Below the pieces are notes generated by a model. The model ran no database searches. It was not told the DNA's origin and saw nothing but the letters and a program-made list of their open reading frames with translations. From the sequence record NC_061447.1: 64,000 bases of DNA; one strand, given 5' to 3'. Shown one piece after another: positions 1 to 9,694 of the stretch. Each line of letters starts with the position of its first letter. Position 1 is the stretch's first letter. The position numbers and the translations under genes are program-made.

Positions 1-3000
1 ATAACGTAATCAACACCGTTGATAGTCACTTCGGCAGGACCAGCAAAGTTGAAGTCATCGAACTCCAACGCACCATCCCATGAACCAGCAAAGCCCTGTA
101 CGGACTCAACGAAGTAACCATAGCCAAGAGACTTAGGCCACGCAACGTAGAAGAACACGTTGTTCGTTGATGTACTGGTATTCGCAGGACAGTTCAGGAG
201 CTGTTCACCGCTCGTAGTCAGCGCTGTTTGCAGACCTTGTACGAATGCCGCATCGTAGCCCGCTGTAGACTTGATCTTAGAGTGAGAGCCGAAGCGAGCA
301 CCCAAGTCAGAGGACTGTTGCGGTTTGAGCGTAACGTCTTTGGTCGCAGTAACCGTCTTACCGTTCTTAACGTAAGTAACGGTGATAGTCACTACAGCAT
401 CAGCAGTAACGGCGTCAGACTTCAACGAGCCACCAGTGATGCTCAGGCCGGTTGCAGTGCCAGATTTCACAGCTACTGCCCACGTTGTACCACTATCTGC
501 CGTAACATCAGGCGTGGTGCCGTCAGACAGAGTAGCAGTCGCAGTGTATGCAGTAGTCACGCCACCAATGATTGAAGCTGGACCAGTGATAGTCACAGAG
601 TCAGGAGTCGGTGGAGCTGGCGTGTTCGTTACAGTCAGTGTCGCGGTTTGCGCTTGGCTGTTATACGAAGCAGTACCAGTGATAACTGCGGTCTGAGTAG
701 TGCTCACAGTGTTACCTGTGATGGTGTTGTTGCCGTTGAACGTGAAGCCTGTAGTAGAACCAGAGCTACGCGTAACAACAGGTGTCAGGTCAACCGTCGT
801 GTTATCAGAGAACGTCAGACGGAGAATGTAGGTACCAGTCTCGCCTTTGTTCACAGCAGTAGGACCAATCAGCTCGCGCTTGGTGATCGTTGCTGCCTGA
901 TTGATAAGCTGAATCACTTTCTCTGGTGCATACGTCTGGCCATCGACCGTGACGTTAGCAGCACGAAGCGTAGCAGTCTGGTTCTGGCTAATCGAGTTAG
1001 CAGGTACGGTCAGCTTCACGCGAGTTGAAGTAGAACCGACAGACATAGTTGCATACGCAGCGCCCTGAGGCAGTGACCACGTTGGCAGTGACGGATATTC
1101 GTTCGTCGCACCAGACAGACGAGTAACACGAACGAGATAATCACCAGACACCGTACCCTCAGTGATAGAGTCATCACCGATGATTTCCACTTTGCTCACA
1201 TCGTCAGTTGGACCAACAACGGAGAACTGCACGTTACCAGTTTTGGTAACAGAACCAACAGTCGCAGCAACGTTAAGCTGGAAGGTCAGTGTGCCGTAGA
1301 AACCAGTGAGTGGTGCTTTGGTGCGAATACGCCAACCAGTAGTGCCGCCAGCAACGATCTCAAAGTAAGTCTGAGCCGCAGATGACAGCGTATAAGACAG
1401 TTCACCACTAGTACCCTCACGAGTAGTAGAGTCGGAGAATGTCAGGATGCTATGCAGGTCACGCGTCACACCAGATGCAGTGCCGAAGTCAAACACAGGC
1501 GATGGCGCTTGTGGCTGAACGGACAGCAGACTGATAACGATGACGTTCTTAACCAGCACGGATTTCTGTGCGTTGCGACCATCGTAAGTAGCGCGAATCA
1601 GAACAGTCGTGTCCTGAGTGACTTCACCAGCAGACAGCACACCAGTCTGTGCAATGCTTGCGATAGCGCTTCCCTGAATCACAGACCACGTTGGGTTAGT
1701 TACCTGACGCTCTGTACTGTCGGAGAGAATTTCCCACGCGGTGTATTGCGAAGTGGTGTTCTCGTTCATCGAGTCATTACCACGAACTTCCAGAGATACC
1801 ACAGTCGGCGGGTTACCAACAATAGTTACCTGAAGGGTGGTGTTCTTCGAGATACCGTTTTCAGTATACGCAGCGTAGATGGTAACGCTGGTATTAGCGA
1901 TAGGTACTGCGCCAGCAATCAGTTCAGAGTTGCTGAATGTTGCGTACTGCGAAGCCGTCTGCAAACGGAACTCGTTAGGAGTAATCGTCGCAGTGTGGCC
2001 GTCAGAGTAAGTAGCCAGCACCGTGTATGGGGTAGTGGTCTTCTCTTGAACAGACGACGGACCGATGATTTGAATCTTCGTCAGGTCAACAACAGGCACA
2101 ACGTTCACGATAGTGATATCGAGAGTTGCAGACTTCGTGATACCGCCTTCGGTGTACGTTGCAGACAGCTTCACAGGAATGTCAGAAGACACGGTACCTG
2201 CGTTAACAGTCTTGTTCACGATGGTTACGATATCCAGACGGTCTGCGGTAAACGTCGCTGGGTCAATCAGCTTAGTAGTGCCGTCAGAGTACGTAGCAAG
2301 GAACGTGTAGTTGGCGCTTTCGCCGCTGCGAATTGTGTTCGCGCCCTGAATAGCCAGAGAAGACAGTGTTACCACAGCAGTCTCTTTCAGGATAGTAACG
2401 TTCTTGTTGCCAGTAACAGTCTGGTCTGCGGTGATGTACGTCGCGGTCAGAACGATGTTGCGGTCCTGAGTTGTCTCTTTACGAGCAGTCACCACGTTAC
2501 CACTGATAGTGGTATACGTTGTTGGTGCAGCAACGAAAGAATTCGGCGTAATCATTTCAGTGTCGCCATTCGACCACGTAATCTTAAACGTGTAGGCTTC
2601 ACTTTGCTGCGATGCAATGGTAGAAGCACCAAGCACTTCCAGCAGCGTAATCAACTGAGCCTTAACCGTGACGTTCTTCGTCGCAGTAAAGGTCAGGCCG
2701 TTGTACACGTAGGTAGCGGTCAGTTTGGCCACAGTGTCAACAGGCAGTTTCTTCGCAGTAGCTTGCAGACCAACAAGAGACAGCGCGTTCGCATTATCAA
2801 CCGTAAAGTTAGTCGGCATGATAGTGGCAACGTTACCTGACTTGTAGCGAGCAGTCACAGCATAGGTTTCTTTCTGCTTGTAGAACAGAGTGTCAGCACC
2901 AACAATAGCGATAGACACCAGCTCGTCATCAGGAATGAAAGCATTCTTGATCAGCAGATCGTAGGTAGCAGTCACCCAGTTACCGTAAACTGGATCGCGC

Positions 3001-3923
3001 TTACGTGCAGTCACTTTCAGCACAACGTCCGCAGCGAGGTCAGGTGCAGTCACCGTACCGTCCTGAGTGATAGTCACACCGATAACGTTTTCTTCGATGG
3101 ACCACTCAACGCCAGTAGGGTTGTGCTCGATGCTGTTTGACCACTCAGCGTCGATGTTCAGTTTGACGCTACTGTTATCCGACATGTAGCTTGCATTACC
3201 AGGCAGGCTGATACGCAAGTTCATCAGGTGAGGAGATTCCCACTCGACGTTATCAGCAGTAGGTTTAACCCACTTACCAATATACTTGTTCGGGTTAACA
3301 GGGTCCTGATCGACAATCGACAGAACATACCCAGGCTCAGGCTGGTTAGAGCTTGCAACTTCAACGAACGCCAGAGAGTTCAGGCGAATCATTGTACGAG
3401 CATAATCAGGGTGATCATGGTTCGTAGGATAACGCGCATCGCTCATACGTGGGTCAGAGCTTGACACAGCAATAGGCAGGTCAGGGTTCGCAGGCTCCGT
3501 CTTAGTGACGATGCTACCCAGACGGCTTGGAGTTGCGTGTGGGATTTCCAGATCGCCAACTTCGATGCCCAGATCAGCAGCGTTCTCTACGACGCGACGG
3601 AAGAACTGTTTCTGGCTGAACAACTGCGAGTAGTCAGTAACGGTCACCCAAGAGCCACGGTGATTGCCGTCAGACACAGCAGATGTACGACGCAGCACAT
3701 ACTGGTACTGCGGGCTACCTGTGTTGGCATCAATCCAAATCAGGTTGTACGGCTTTTCAGAAAACGATGGCTCGGTCATTGACACAACAACCTGATGCAC
3801 TTCCGTTTGATCGTTCGCGTTAGGACGGAACAGGAAAGTGATTGGGTTACGTGGCGTCAGACCGCGAGTACGAGCCAATGCGATATACTGTTTAGCAAAG
3901 CCGTCGATCGTGGTTACGCTCAT
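1..3923 (-). CDS. Large virion fibre/baseplate-type protein with tandem Ig-like repeats (>=1307 aa, 3' end runs off window)
   Basis: Hand-translated. ATG at 3923 overlaps the TGA of the upstream gene (ATGA) and reads MSVTTIDGFAKQYIALARTRGLTPRNPITFLFRP...; the frame appears open to the window edge (...FDDFNFAGPAEVTINGVDYV). It has repeated Thr/Val-rich ~90-100 aa units such as TIRSGESANYTFLATYSDG, SVQEKTTTPYTVLATYSDG and SIIGGVTTAYTATATLSDG, typical of Ig-like beta-sandwich repeats. Absent from the ORF track because it is truncated. Confidence 0.8.
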   Translation of the reverse strand, partial: MSVTTIDGFAKQYIALARTRGLTPRNPITFLFRPNANDQTEVHQVVVSMTEPSFSEKPYNLIWIDANTGSPQYQYVLRRTSAVSDGNHRGSWVTVTDYSQLFSQKQFFRRVVENAADLGIEVGDLEIPHATPSRLGSIVTKTEPANPDLPIAVSSSDPRMSDARYPTNHDHPDYARTMIRLNSLAFVEVASSNQPEPGYVLSIVDQDPVNPNKYIGKWVKPTADNVEWESPHLMNLRISLPGNASYMSDNSSVKLNIDAEWSNSIEHNPTGVEWSIEENVIGVTITQDGTVTAPDLAADVVLKVTARKRDPVYGNWVTATYDLLIKNAFIPDDELVSIAIVGADTLFYKQKETYAVTARYKSGNVATIMPTNFTVDNANALSLVGLQATAKKLPVDTVAKLTATYVYNGLTFTATKNVTVKAQLITLLEVLGASTIASQQSEAYTFKITWSNGDTEMITPNSFVAAPTTYTTISGNVVTARKETTQDRNIVLTATYITADQTVTGNKNVTILKETAVVTLSSLAIQGANTIRSGESANYTFLATYSDGTTKLIDPATFTADRLDIVTIVNKTVNAGTVSSDIPVKLSATYTEGGITKSATLDITIVNVVPVVDLTKIQIIGPSSVQEKTTTPYTVLATYSDGHTATITPNEFRLQTASQYATFSNSELIAGAVPIANTSVTIYAAYTENGISKNTTLQVTIVGNPPTVVSLEVRGNDSMNENTTSQYTAWEILSDSTERQVTNPTWSVIQGSAIASIAQTGVLSAGEVTQDTTVLIRATYDGRNAQKSVLVKNVIVISLLSVQPQAPSPVFDFGTASGVTRDLHSILTFSDSTTREGTSGELSYTLSSAAQTYFEIVAGGTTGWRIRTKAPLTGFYGTLTFQLNVAATVGSVTKTGNVQFSVVGPTDDVSKVEIIGDDSITEGTVSGDYLVRVTRLSGATNEYPSLPTWSLPQGAAYATMSVGSTSTRVKLTVPANSISQNQTATLRAANVTVDGQTYAPEKVIQLINQAATITKRELIGPTAVNKGETGTYILRLTFSDNTTVDLTPVVTRSSGSTTGFTFNGNNTITGNTVSTTQTAVITGTASYNSQAQTATLTVTNTPAPPTPDSVTITGPASIIGGVTTAYTATATLSDGTTPDVTADSGTTWAVAVKSGTATGLSITGGSLKSDAVTADAVVTITVTYVKNGKTVTATKDVTLKPQQSSDLGARFGSHSKIKSTAGYDAAFVQGLQTALTTSGEQLLNCPANTSTSTNNVFFYVAWPKSLGYGYFVESVQGFAGSWDGALEFDDFNFAGPAEVTINGVDYV

Positions 3924-4552
3924 TCATTATCTCCCAGAATGTCGGTCGCAATCAGATGGCCGTAAGACGCTTTCACGTTTGAATCAGCGATGAAGGTAGA
4001 ACCGTTATCGCCTACGTTAGCATCCATATTCACTTTGTCCTGCACAGTCTTCACATCGACCAAAGGCTTCTCGGCGTGCATTTCATCGTGAGGCAGCGGT
4101 GTACGCTTGTCGGTGTTACGTGGGTCAGAGACAGACACAAACGTAGGACGACCAACCGTAGCTGGCTCAGTTGTCAGACGCGCAATACCGTAGGTGTCAA
4201 CAGACGCATTTGGAATCTCGTCTCCACCACTGATATCAGACGGGTCATAATACTGAGGTGCCCAGAGTGAGTTGAAGTTCTTCACTTCTTCCCAGGTATT
4301 CTGGAAGCCACCAGCAGGAGTTTTGGACTTACGTGCGAGGAACTTGCGATAGAACGCACTGTTCACATCCATGCACAACCAAACTACGTTCATCGGTAAC
4401 ACAACGCCGACAGGTTCTGCCGAGGCTGCAATGAACGTACAACTGATGTTGAGTGTTGGGTTAATCTGGCGAGTGATTTTGTCTTTCGACGTATCATCCA
4501 TGAAACCCGTAACAGCCAACAGAGCAGCAGCGATATCATTAAGTGTAGTCAT
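3920..4552 (-). CDS. Virion-associated protein, paralog of the N-terminal domain of the large fibre protein (210 aa)
   Basis: Start moved to MTTLNDIAA (ATG 4552, GGAG RBS upstream). Shares VVWLCMD / SDPRNTDKRTPLPHDEMHAEKP with IWID / SDPRMSDARYPTNHDH in the neighbouring genes. Confidence 0.7.
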   Translation of the reverse strand: MTTLNDIAAALLAVTGFMDDTSKDKITRQINPTLNISCTFIAASAEPVGVVLPMNVVWLCMDVNSAFYRKFLARKSKTPAGGFQNTWEEVKNFNSLWAPQYYDPSDISGGDEIPNASVDTYGIARLTTEPATVGRPTFVSVSDPRNTDKRTPLPHDEMHAEKPLVDVKTVQDKVNMDANVGDNGSTFIADSNVKASYGHLIATDILGDNE

Positions 4553-4562
4553 AACCGCTCCG

Positions 4563-5201
4563 TTAGTCAGTAGGTTGGCCGAGTTCAGATTCACGCACCT
4601 TACGCCATTGAAGCGTATTGTCTTCAAGTACCATGACCTGATTCACAGCAGGAACCAGCTGGTCTTTAATAGGAACGTGTTCTTCACCGAAGCTACCATT
4701 GATACTGATCATGGTCGCAGGCTTCTCGGCATGGGTGTGATCTTTTGGATCACGGTTGTTCGTCAGCGTTTCATCGCCTTCCAGAATAGCACGAGACTCG
4801 GCTTCTGGATAAGACAAATAACCAACACCGCGAGTGATCGCAGTTGCCAGAGGTGGCAGTGCGTGGTTGATGATTTGCAGATCGTTCGGGTCATACGTCT
4901 GGTCTTCCATGGCATCGTCATAGAAGTACAGCGCAGTCCAAACATCTTTGTACGGGTCGGCGTTATCTTTCACAGTGCGCTTGAACGCAGTGCGGAAGGT
5001 AGGCGACTCAGGGTCGTAGTCAATCCAAATCGCATTGATTGGAAGGACCACGAAACGCGGAACTGCATACGAGCAGTAGAACAACAGGCCTAACTGCGAA
5101 CCATCTTTTGGAAGACGGAACGTGATTGGGTTTTTGTTCTGCTGGTGGATATTCGTAAGCAACTCAACGTTACTGATGAACTGTTCAAGTTTCAGTTCCA
5201 T
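4563..5201 (-). CDS. Virion-associated protein, paralog of the fibre N-terminal domain (212 aa)
   Basis: NPITFRLP, AIWIDYDPESP and LTNNRDPKDHTHAEKPATMISIN match NPITFLFRP, LIWIDANTGSP and MSDARYPTNHDHPDYARTMIRLN of the <1..3923 protein. GGAG RBS present. Confidence 0.75.
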   Translation of the reverse strand: MELKLEQFISNVELLTNIHQQNKNPITFRLPKDGSQLGLLFYCSYAVPRFVVLPINAIWIDYDPESPTFRTAFKRTVKDNADPYKDVWTALYFYDDAMEDQTYDPNDLQIINHALPPLATAITRGVGYLSYPEAESRAILEGDETLTNNRDPKDHTHAEKPATMISINGSFGEEHVPIKDQLVPAVNQVMVLEDNTLQWRKVRESELGQPTD

Positions 5202-5235
5202 TGTGTTCTCCGTTTACCAGAAGCGGTGATTAAAA

Positions 5236-5931
5236 TTATACAGGGTCGCCTGACTTAGGACTGGTCGAACCGTATTTAATACGGAACACGTAGTCCAGGC
5301 TATCGAACGGGAAGTCATTGCGATAGACAACATAATCAAAGCCACCGAGACTAACTTCCGCTGCGCCTTCAAAGTTGAAGTCATTGAACTCCATGGCGCC
5401 ATCCCACGAGCCTGAGAAGCCTTGAGCAGTCTCTTGGAAATATCCATAGAGCAAGCGCTTAGGCCACGCAACGTAGAAGAAGCGGTTGTTGTCTGACGTA
5501 GATTCGTTCGGAGGGCAAGTGATTAGCTGAGGACTCGACTCACCGAGAACAGTAGTCAGAGAACGGAAGAAGGTATCGTTGTAGTCTTGAAGCGACAACA
5601 CTTTATCGTGTATGCCGAATCGAGGACCGTATTCACCACTGAATGGCACAGACACACGAACCGTATTCGATGTGGCGTTAAGAGTGGTGCTGACGTTATA
5701 CGCCTTAGCCACAATATCATGCTCACCTGTATCGAACGGCAGAGTGAAGTCGAAGTATGCGCTGGTGCCAGTGGTAGGTAAATCAAGTTGCTTGAGCACC
5801 GTACCCGCTGCGTTCTGAATCTGGAGTGTACCACGTAAAGGTGGATTGTCCATACTGACCAGGAAACGCAGTTCTTTGTTACGCAGCGAGAAGCAGTATT
5901 CCAAGTTACCTTGAATGGCCAAAGTAAGCAT
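5236..5931 (-). CDS. Virion protein: one Ig-like domain plus a C-terminal domain shared with the large fibre protein (231 aa)
   Basis: C-terminal FFYVAWPKRLLYGYFQETAQGFSGSWDGAMEFNDFNFEGAAEV is near-identical to FFYVAWPKSLGYGYFVESVQGFAGSWDGALEFDDFNFAGPAEV at the end of the <1..3923 ORF. GAGG RBS present. Confidence 0.75.
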   Translation of the reverse strand: MLTLAIQGNLEYCFSLRNKELRFLVSMDNPPLRGTLQIQNAAGTVLKQLDLPTTGTSAYFDFTLPFDTGEHDIVAKAYNVSTTLNATSNTVRVSVPFSGEYGPRFGIHDKVLSLQDYNDTFFRSLTTVLGESSPQLITCPPNESTSDNNRFFYVAWPKRLLYGYFQETAQGFSGSWDGAMEFNDFNFEGAAEVSLGGFDYVVYRNDFPFDSLDYVFRIKYGSTSPKSGDPV

Positions 5932-5947
5932 AGAACCTCACAATACG

Positions 5948-5971
5948 AAAAAAGGAGGACCGAAGCCCTCC
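5948..5971 (-). terminator. Intrinsic terminator after the tail sheath gene
   Basis: Minus strand GGAGGGC-TTCG-GTCCTCC-TTTTTT, immediately after the sheath stop codon. Confidence 0.85.
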
Positions 5972-5978
5972 TCATTGA

Positions 5979-7655
5979 TTACTGACTCAGAGTTGTGGAG
6001 GTACTGCCTGTCGGGTTGATGTTGAAACGGTAGATCAGACGCTTAGTAGTGCGCGTCGGGTCCAACACGATATCCAGAATCAGATCGCCGTTAGCGATAG
6101 TCTGGTTGGTGTTGTTGTTTTCATCACAGACAACCTGATAGCCCTGAGAGCCAGAGCTACCGCTACGCAGACCACGAGCCAGTTTGATTTCTTCGAGGAA
6201 CTTCTCGACGATACCTTTCAGATAGCCACGAAGAATGGCATCGTTCGGGTCAAACAGGCCAACGCGGCAAGTGCGCTGACAGACTTCAAGCACGTAGCCG
6301 ACCATACGCTGAATCTGAATCTGCTGGAAGGCAGAGTTCTGGTTGTACTGAGTGCTCGCTTCCCACACCGCATAACCACCACCCATGATAGCAGGCAGTT
6401 TACGAATGTAGTTCACTTGCTCACGCGTCATCGCATCGCGGTCATCCTGATCGTATTTCTGAGCGATTTCCAGAATATCGAGAGGTGCAGAGGCGGTGAT
6501 ACCAGCAGGTGCGAACCAGCTACCACGGTTGTTATCCGTGTAAGCAAACACAGCACAGATCTGGCCGACACACGCAGTCCACAGATAGCGACCAGTGTCT
6601 TCGTCGAAGATCTTGATATCAGGCGTATACAGAGCCATGTTGGTGTCGTTGACGTTCAACGTCTGACGACGGTAGCGAATCGCTTTAGACACGGACTGCT
6701 CTGCGGACGGAACACCACAGATAACGAAGCAGTTGATGTGCGCAGCGGCCGCAGCTTTCATACCACGGTGGATGATGTAATCCTGAGTAGGACTAATCAG
6801 CAGCGTCACACGAACTTCTTCTGGATCACCAAAGTATTCCTGATACGCTTTCGCAAAGTCATCAGAACTACAGGTGTCACCATCAGCACCACCCTGGAAG
6901 AAGATGAAGTCTGTGGTGAAGAAGTCGATATCGGTGGTGAAGTATGGGTTACGGATGAAACGGAAGTTAGAGCTTTCGTTCTCCATAACGTGGTCGATAC
7001 GATACTGACGATCAAATTCATCAGCATAATCATACAGGCTGCACTGGTATGAGTTTACCGGATTGCTGCCGTTCTGATAGTTTTCGTATTCGTCGATATA
7101 AAACAGTTTCGTGTTATACGACTTACGGTCATCGAATGGGTCAAGACCCTTAGGCGTGGCCGGACGAATCTGCAACGCCATCTGGTTGTTCCAGTCGCCT
7201 GGGTTTTCCAGAATAACGTAGCCGATGATGTTGTCGTTCAACGGGTCAGTAGGCAGGAAGCCCAGCTGATCAGGAGAATCAACACCAACAATGTTGCCGT
7301 CTGCGTCAGTGTATGGCGTAATGCGCAACACAGGTTGAACAGCGGTTGGGTCATCGACAGTCAGCACACCAACAGCGTATTTCGCGTTCTTGGTGATACG
7401 GACAAATTTAAGCTGGTTAGTCTGTTTTGCAACAGGCAGCGCCAGATACAGGCCGAGGCCATATTTGGGATCTTTTGCACCGAAGATGTTTTTCAAATCA
7501 TCTTTATTACGCACATCAACACGCTGGTTTACAGGACCACGACGAGCCTGACCAACAATGCCTACTACTGCCGTAGATAAAGACGTTGCACCAACGGAGA
7601 GATCCCGTACACCAGTATAAACACCAGCAGAGGAATGCGTTGAGTTAACGGGCAT
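5979..7655 (-). CDS. Contractile tail sheath protein (558 aa)
   Basis: Start moved to MPVNSTHSSAGVYTGVRDLS (AAGGAG RBS). N-terminal GVY..VRDLS...VGIVGQARRGP and C-terminal IQIQRMVGYV...LFDPND...FLEEIKLARGL...YQVVCDENNNT...LDIVLDP match sheath family motifs. Confidence 0.9.
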   Translation of the reverse strand: MPVNSTHSSAGVYTGVRDLSVGATSLSTAVVGIVGQARRGPVNQRVDVRNKDDLKNIFGAKDPKYGLGLYLALPVAKQTNQLKFVRITKNAKYAVGVLTVDDPTAVQPVLRITPYTDADGNIVGVDSPDQLGFLPTDPLNDNIIGYVILENPGDWNNQMALQIRPATPKGLDPFDDRKSYNTKLFYIDEYENYQNGSNPVNSYQCSLYDYADEFDRQYRIDHVMENESSNFRFIRNPYFTTDIDFFTTDFIFFQGGADGDTCSSDDFAKAYQEYFGDPEEVRVTLLISPTQDYIIHRGMKAAAAAHINCFVICGVPSAEQSVSKAIRYRRQTLNVNDTNMALYTPDIKIFDEDTGRYLWTACVGQICAVFAYTDNNRGSWFAPAGITASAPLDILEIAQKYDQDDRDAMTREQVNYIRKLPAIMGGGYAVWEASTQYNQNSAFQQIQIQRMVGYVLEVCQRTCRVGLFDPNDAILRGYLKGIVEKFLEEIKLARGLRSGSSGSQGYQVVCDENNNTNQTIANGDLILDIVLDPTRTTKRLIYRFNINPTGSTSTTLSQ

Positions 7656-7709
7656 GATTTGTCTCCTTATATGACTGTCTGAAATTATCGTATAAGCGAC
7701 AAGAAATGC

Positions 7710-7737
7710 AAAAGGGGCAGCCGAAGCCACCCCTTTG
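7710..7737 (-). terminator. Intrinsic terminator
   Basis: Minus strand GGGGTGGC-TTCG-GCTGCCCC-TTTT, at the end of the 7740 gene. Confidence 0.85.
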
Positions 7738-7739
7738 TT

Positions 7740-8825
7740 TTAACAATCACAACCCACTGAATCGAAGTCGAGTTTCAGGCCAGGATAGAGTTCGTTAAAC
7801 TCAGTTAATGCCACATTGAATCCTGCGGCACTAACATGACCGTCACCGCCTTGTGCGCGAGCAATAGCACGAGCACTACCTTCATGGCCTTCTGGATAAC
7901 CCTGCGAACGGCAGCTTACGTAGACACGCTCTGGGTCGCGGTGGCCTTTACGCACCAGCAGCACTGTTTTGAAGTGCGGAAAGTTTTCGTAGATGAATGC
8001 ACCGGTTTCAGAAGCGATTCCCTTGTCGCAAGGAACCACCGCATGTTTAACTGGCACAAGGCCGTTACCATCCGAGAAGAAGCTGTTATCTTCAATCATC
8101 TGGAGAATCTTTTCGTCACGGATTTCAATGTTCTTGAATCCCTGTTCGATGATTTCTTCGATGTTGCCAGACAGAATGATTTTGTACGCAGCACGGACGG
8201 TAGGCGGCATGTCAGTGTAGACGAGACCACACTTCTCTACCTCTTTGAATACCGCATCAACATAACCTTCGTAGAAGGCGAACGCACGTTTGTTTGTGCG
8301 AATCCACAGGTCACGGTCCGATACCAGTTGCGCACAACGAATGATGTTATCGGTGCAGGCATACTGGTGCTGTTGGAACTCGGACACATGCGCCATGTAG
8401 GCAAGCAGTGCACCACTACCACCAGCAGCAAAGGTAAGCTGTAACGGACTTACCTGTTTACGCACACCTTTATCGTCGTATACTTCGAGTGCTGCACACT
8501 CTTCGGCGTACTTCTCGTGGCTGCGGCAGTCGTGGTGATCGAGCACCTTGAAGTTACCGCCATAGCGATGCGTGAAGATGGCCATCTGCTTTTCAGTGAA
8601 AGAGAAGTCAACTACGACAACGCGCTTGTACAACGCATCCTTACCACCCTCAAGGCCAGGCAGGTCTTGAAGCAGAACACCATTGGCGTCAACAATATCG
8701 CCTTGGTCTTGTGCGTAGACAGCAGGGAAGAAGTGAAGCGTATCATTGGGATACGCAAGTGCTGTAATGGCAGCAGCGAAACTGCCATCAGCACATCCTT
8801 GATGATAGACAACAAGTGTAGTCAT
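7740..8825 (-). CDS. DHH/DHHA1-family phosphoesterase (361 aa)
   Basis: YHQGCADG (motif I), VVVDFS, VLDHHD (DHH), SDRDLW, VSCRS and C-terminal GGDGHVSAAGF (DHHA1 GGGHxxAAG). Confidence 0.85.
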   Translation of the reverse strand: MTTLVVYHQGCADGSFAAAITALAYPNDTLHFFPAVYAQDQGDIVDANGVLLQDLPGLEGGKDALYKRVVVVDFSFTEKQMAIFTHRYGGNFKVLDHHDCRSHEKYAEECAALEVYDDKGVRKQVSPLQLTFAAGGSGALLAYMAHVSEFQQHQYACTDNIIRCAQLVSDRDLWIRTNKRAFAFYEGYVDAVFKEVEKCGLVYTDMPPTVRAAYKIILSGNIEEIIEQGFKNIEIRDEKILQMIEDNSFFSDGNGLVPVKHAVVPCDKGIASETGAFIYENFPHFKTVLLVRKGHRDPERVYVSCRSQGYPEGHEGSARAIARAQGGDGHVSAAGFNVALTEFNELYPGLKLDFDSVGCDC

Positions 8826-8827
8826 GA

Positions 8828-9694
8828 CTAAACCCAGTGGTTGTTAGAATCGTTTCCTGATTGAGCCATGCGAGCATGTTTAACCATTTGGCGCAGGCCC
8901 TCCAGCGTTTGTAGCAGGTGATTGCTATACTGCTCGTTTGCCGCGTTGAAACCCATATGGAATGCTATGGTGAATAGCTGCCATTCGTTAGATTGGCGCA
9001 ATGCTTCCATTTTGCGATAGAGTTCTTGGCGACGTTCACGAGCACGTAACAGACGCTGAATCAAATTAAGTGGATCATGTGATTTCGAAGCAAGTTCAAT
9101 GTGAATTGCGTCCAAACCTTCATAGTCCAAACGGGCTAAAGCAAGTTTAGCATTCAGGAACAGTTCACGGCGACGCAACTGCTCTTCGGTCGACATGTGA
9201 CGGCATTTATCTGGATGTGTCATGCGGGCGATTGCTTTGTAGATCGCCTTGCACTTCTTAGCGAGAACGACACGGGACCACGCTTCGTGCCCAGCCTGCT
9301 GATCAGCATCTTGTTCATTGTCTCGCGTTTCGTGGTCGGTATCTTCTTCGAAGTTGTCGTCCATCAGCTTTTGCAGATCTTCTGCATTCGCCTTGTCTTC
9401 CAGGTCGTCAGACTCGGACATGTTGATGATGATCGATTGCAGCTCTGCGTTCAGCCGTTCGATTTCCATAATCGTCGGCTTGTTGCTTTGGTTGAGTTTA
9501 TCGACCACTTTGGTTACACGCTCACAGTCTGCCGTATATCGCAGTTCAAGCGCAGCCACTTCTTCAAGGACTTCTTCGAGAGTCTCACCGCCCTCTTCTT
9601 CGTACTTGTTCAGTTCTTCCGCGTCTACCAGGTCAGTAGACTTAGGAATAACAGCAGGGAGTTGAGGGATTACCATCAACTGAGTATTTGTCAT
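8828..9694 (-). CDS. J-domain (DnaJ-like HPD motif) coiled-coil protein (288 aa)
   Basis: KCKAIYKAIARMTHPDKCRH followed by helical RRRELFLNAKLA matches J-domain helix II-HPD-helix III. The rest is acidic coiled coil. Confidence 0.65.
   Translation of the reverse strand: MTNTQLMVIPQLPAVIPKSTDLVDAEELNKYEEEGGETLEEVLEEVAALELRYTADCERVTKVVDKLNQSNKPTIMEIERLNAELQSIIINMSESDDLEDKANAEDLQKLMDDNFEEDTDHETRDNEQDADQQAGHEAWSRVVLAKKCKAIYKAIARMTHPDKCRHMSTEEQLRRRELFLNAKLALARLDYEGLDAIHIELASKSHDPLNLIQRLLRARERRQELYRKMEALRQSNEWQLFTIAFHMGFNAANEQYSNHLLQTLEGLRQMVKHARMAQSGNDSNNHWV

Noticed and set aside
228-2840. Long plus-strand ORFs (e.g. 1452..2840, 462 aa) and many similar ones up to 59.6 kb
   Set aside because: Antisense shadows of minus-strand genes: no RBS, R/S/V/Q-rich composition expected from reverse-complemented biased codons, and full overlap with well-supported genes.
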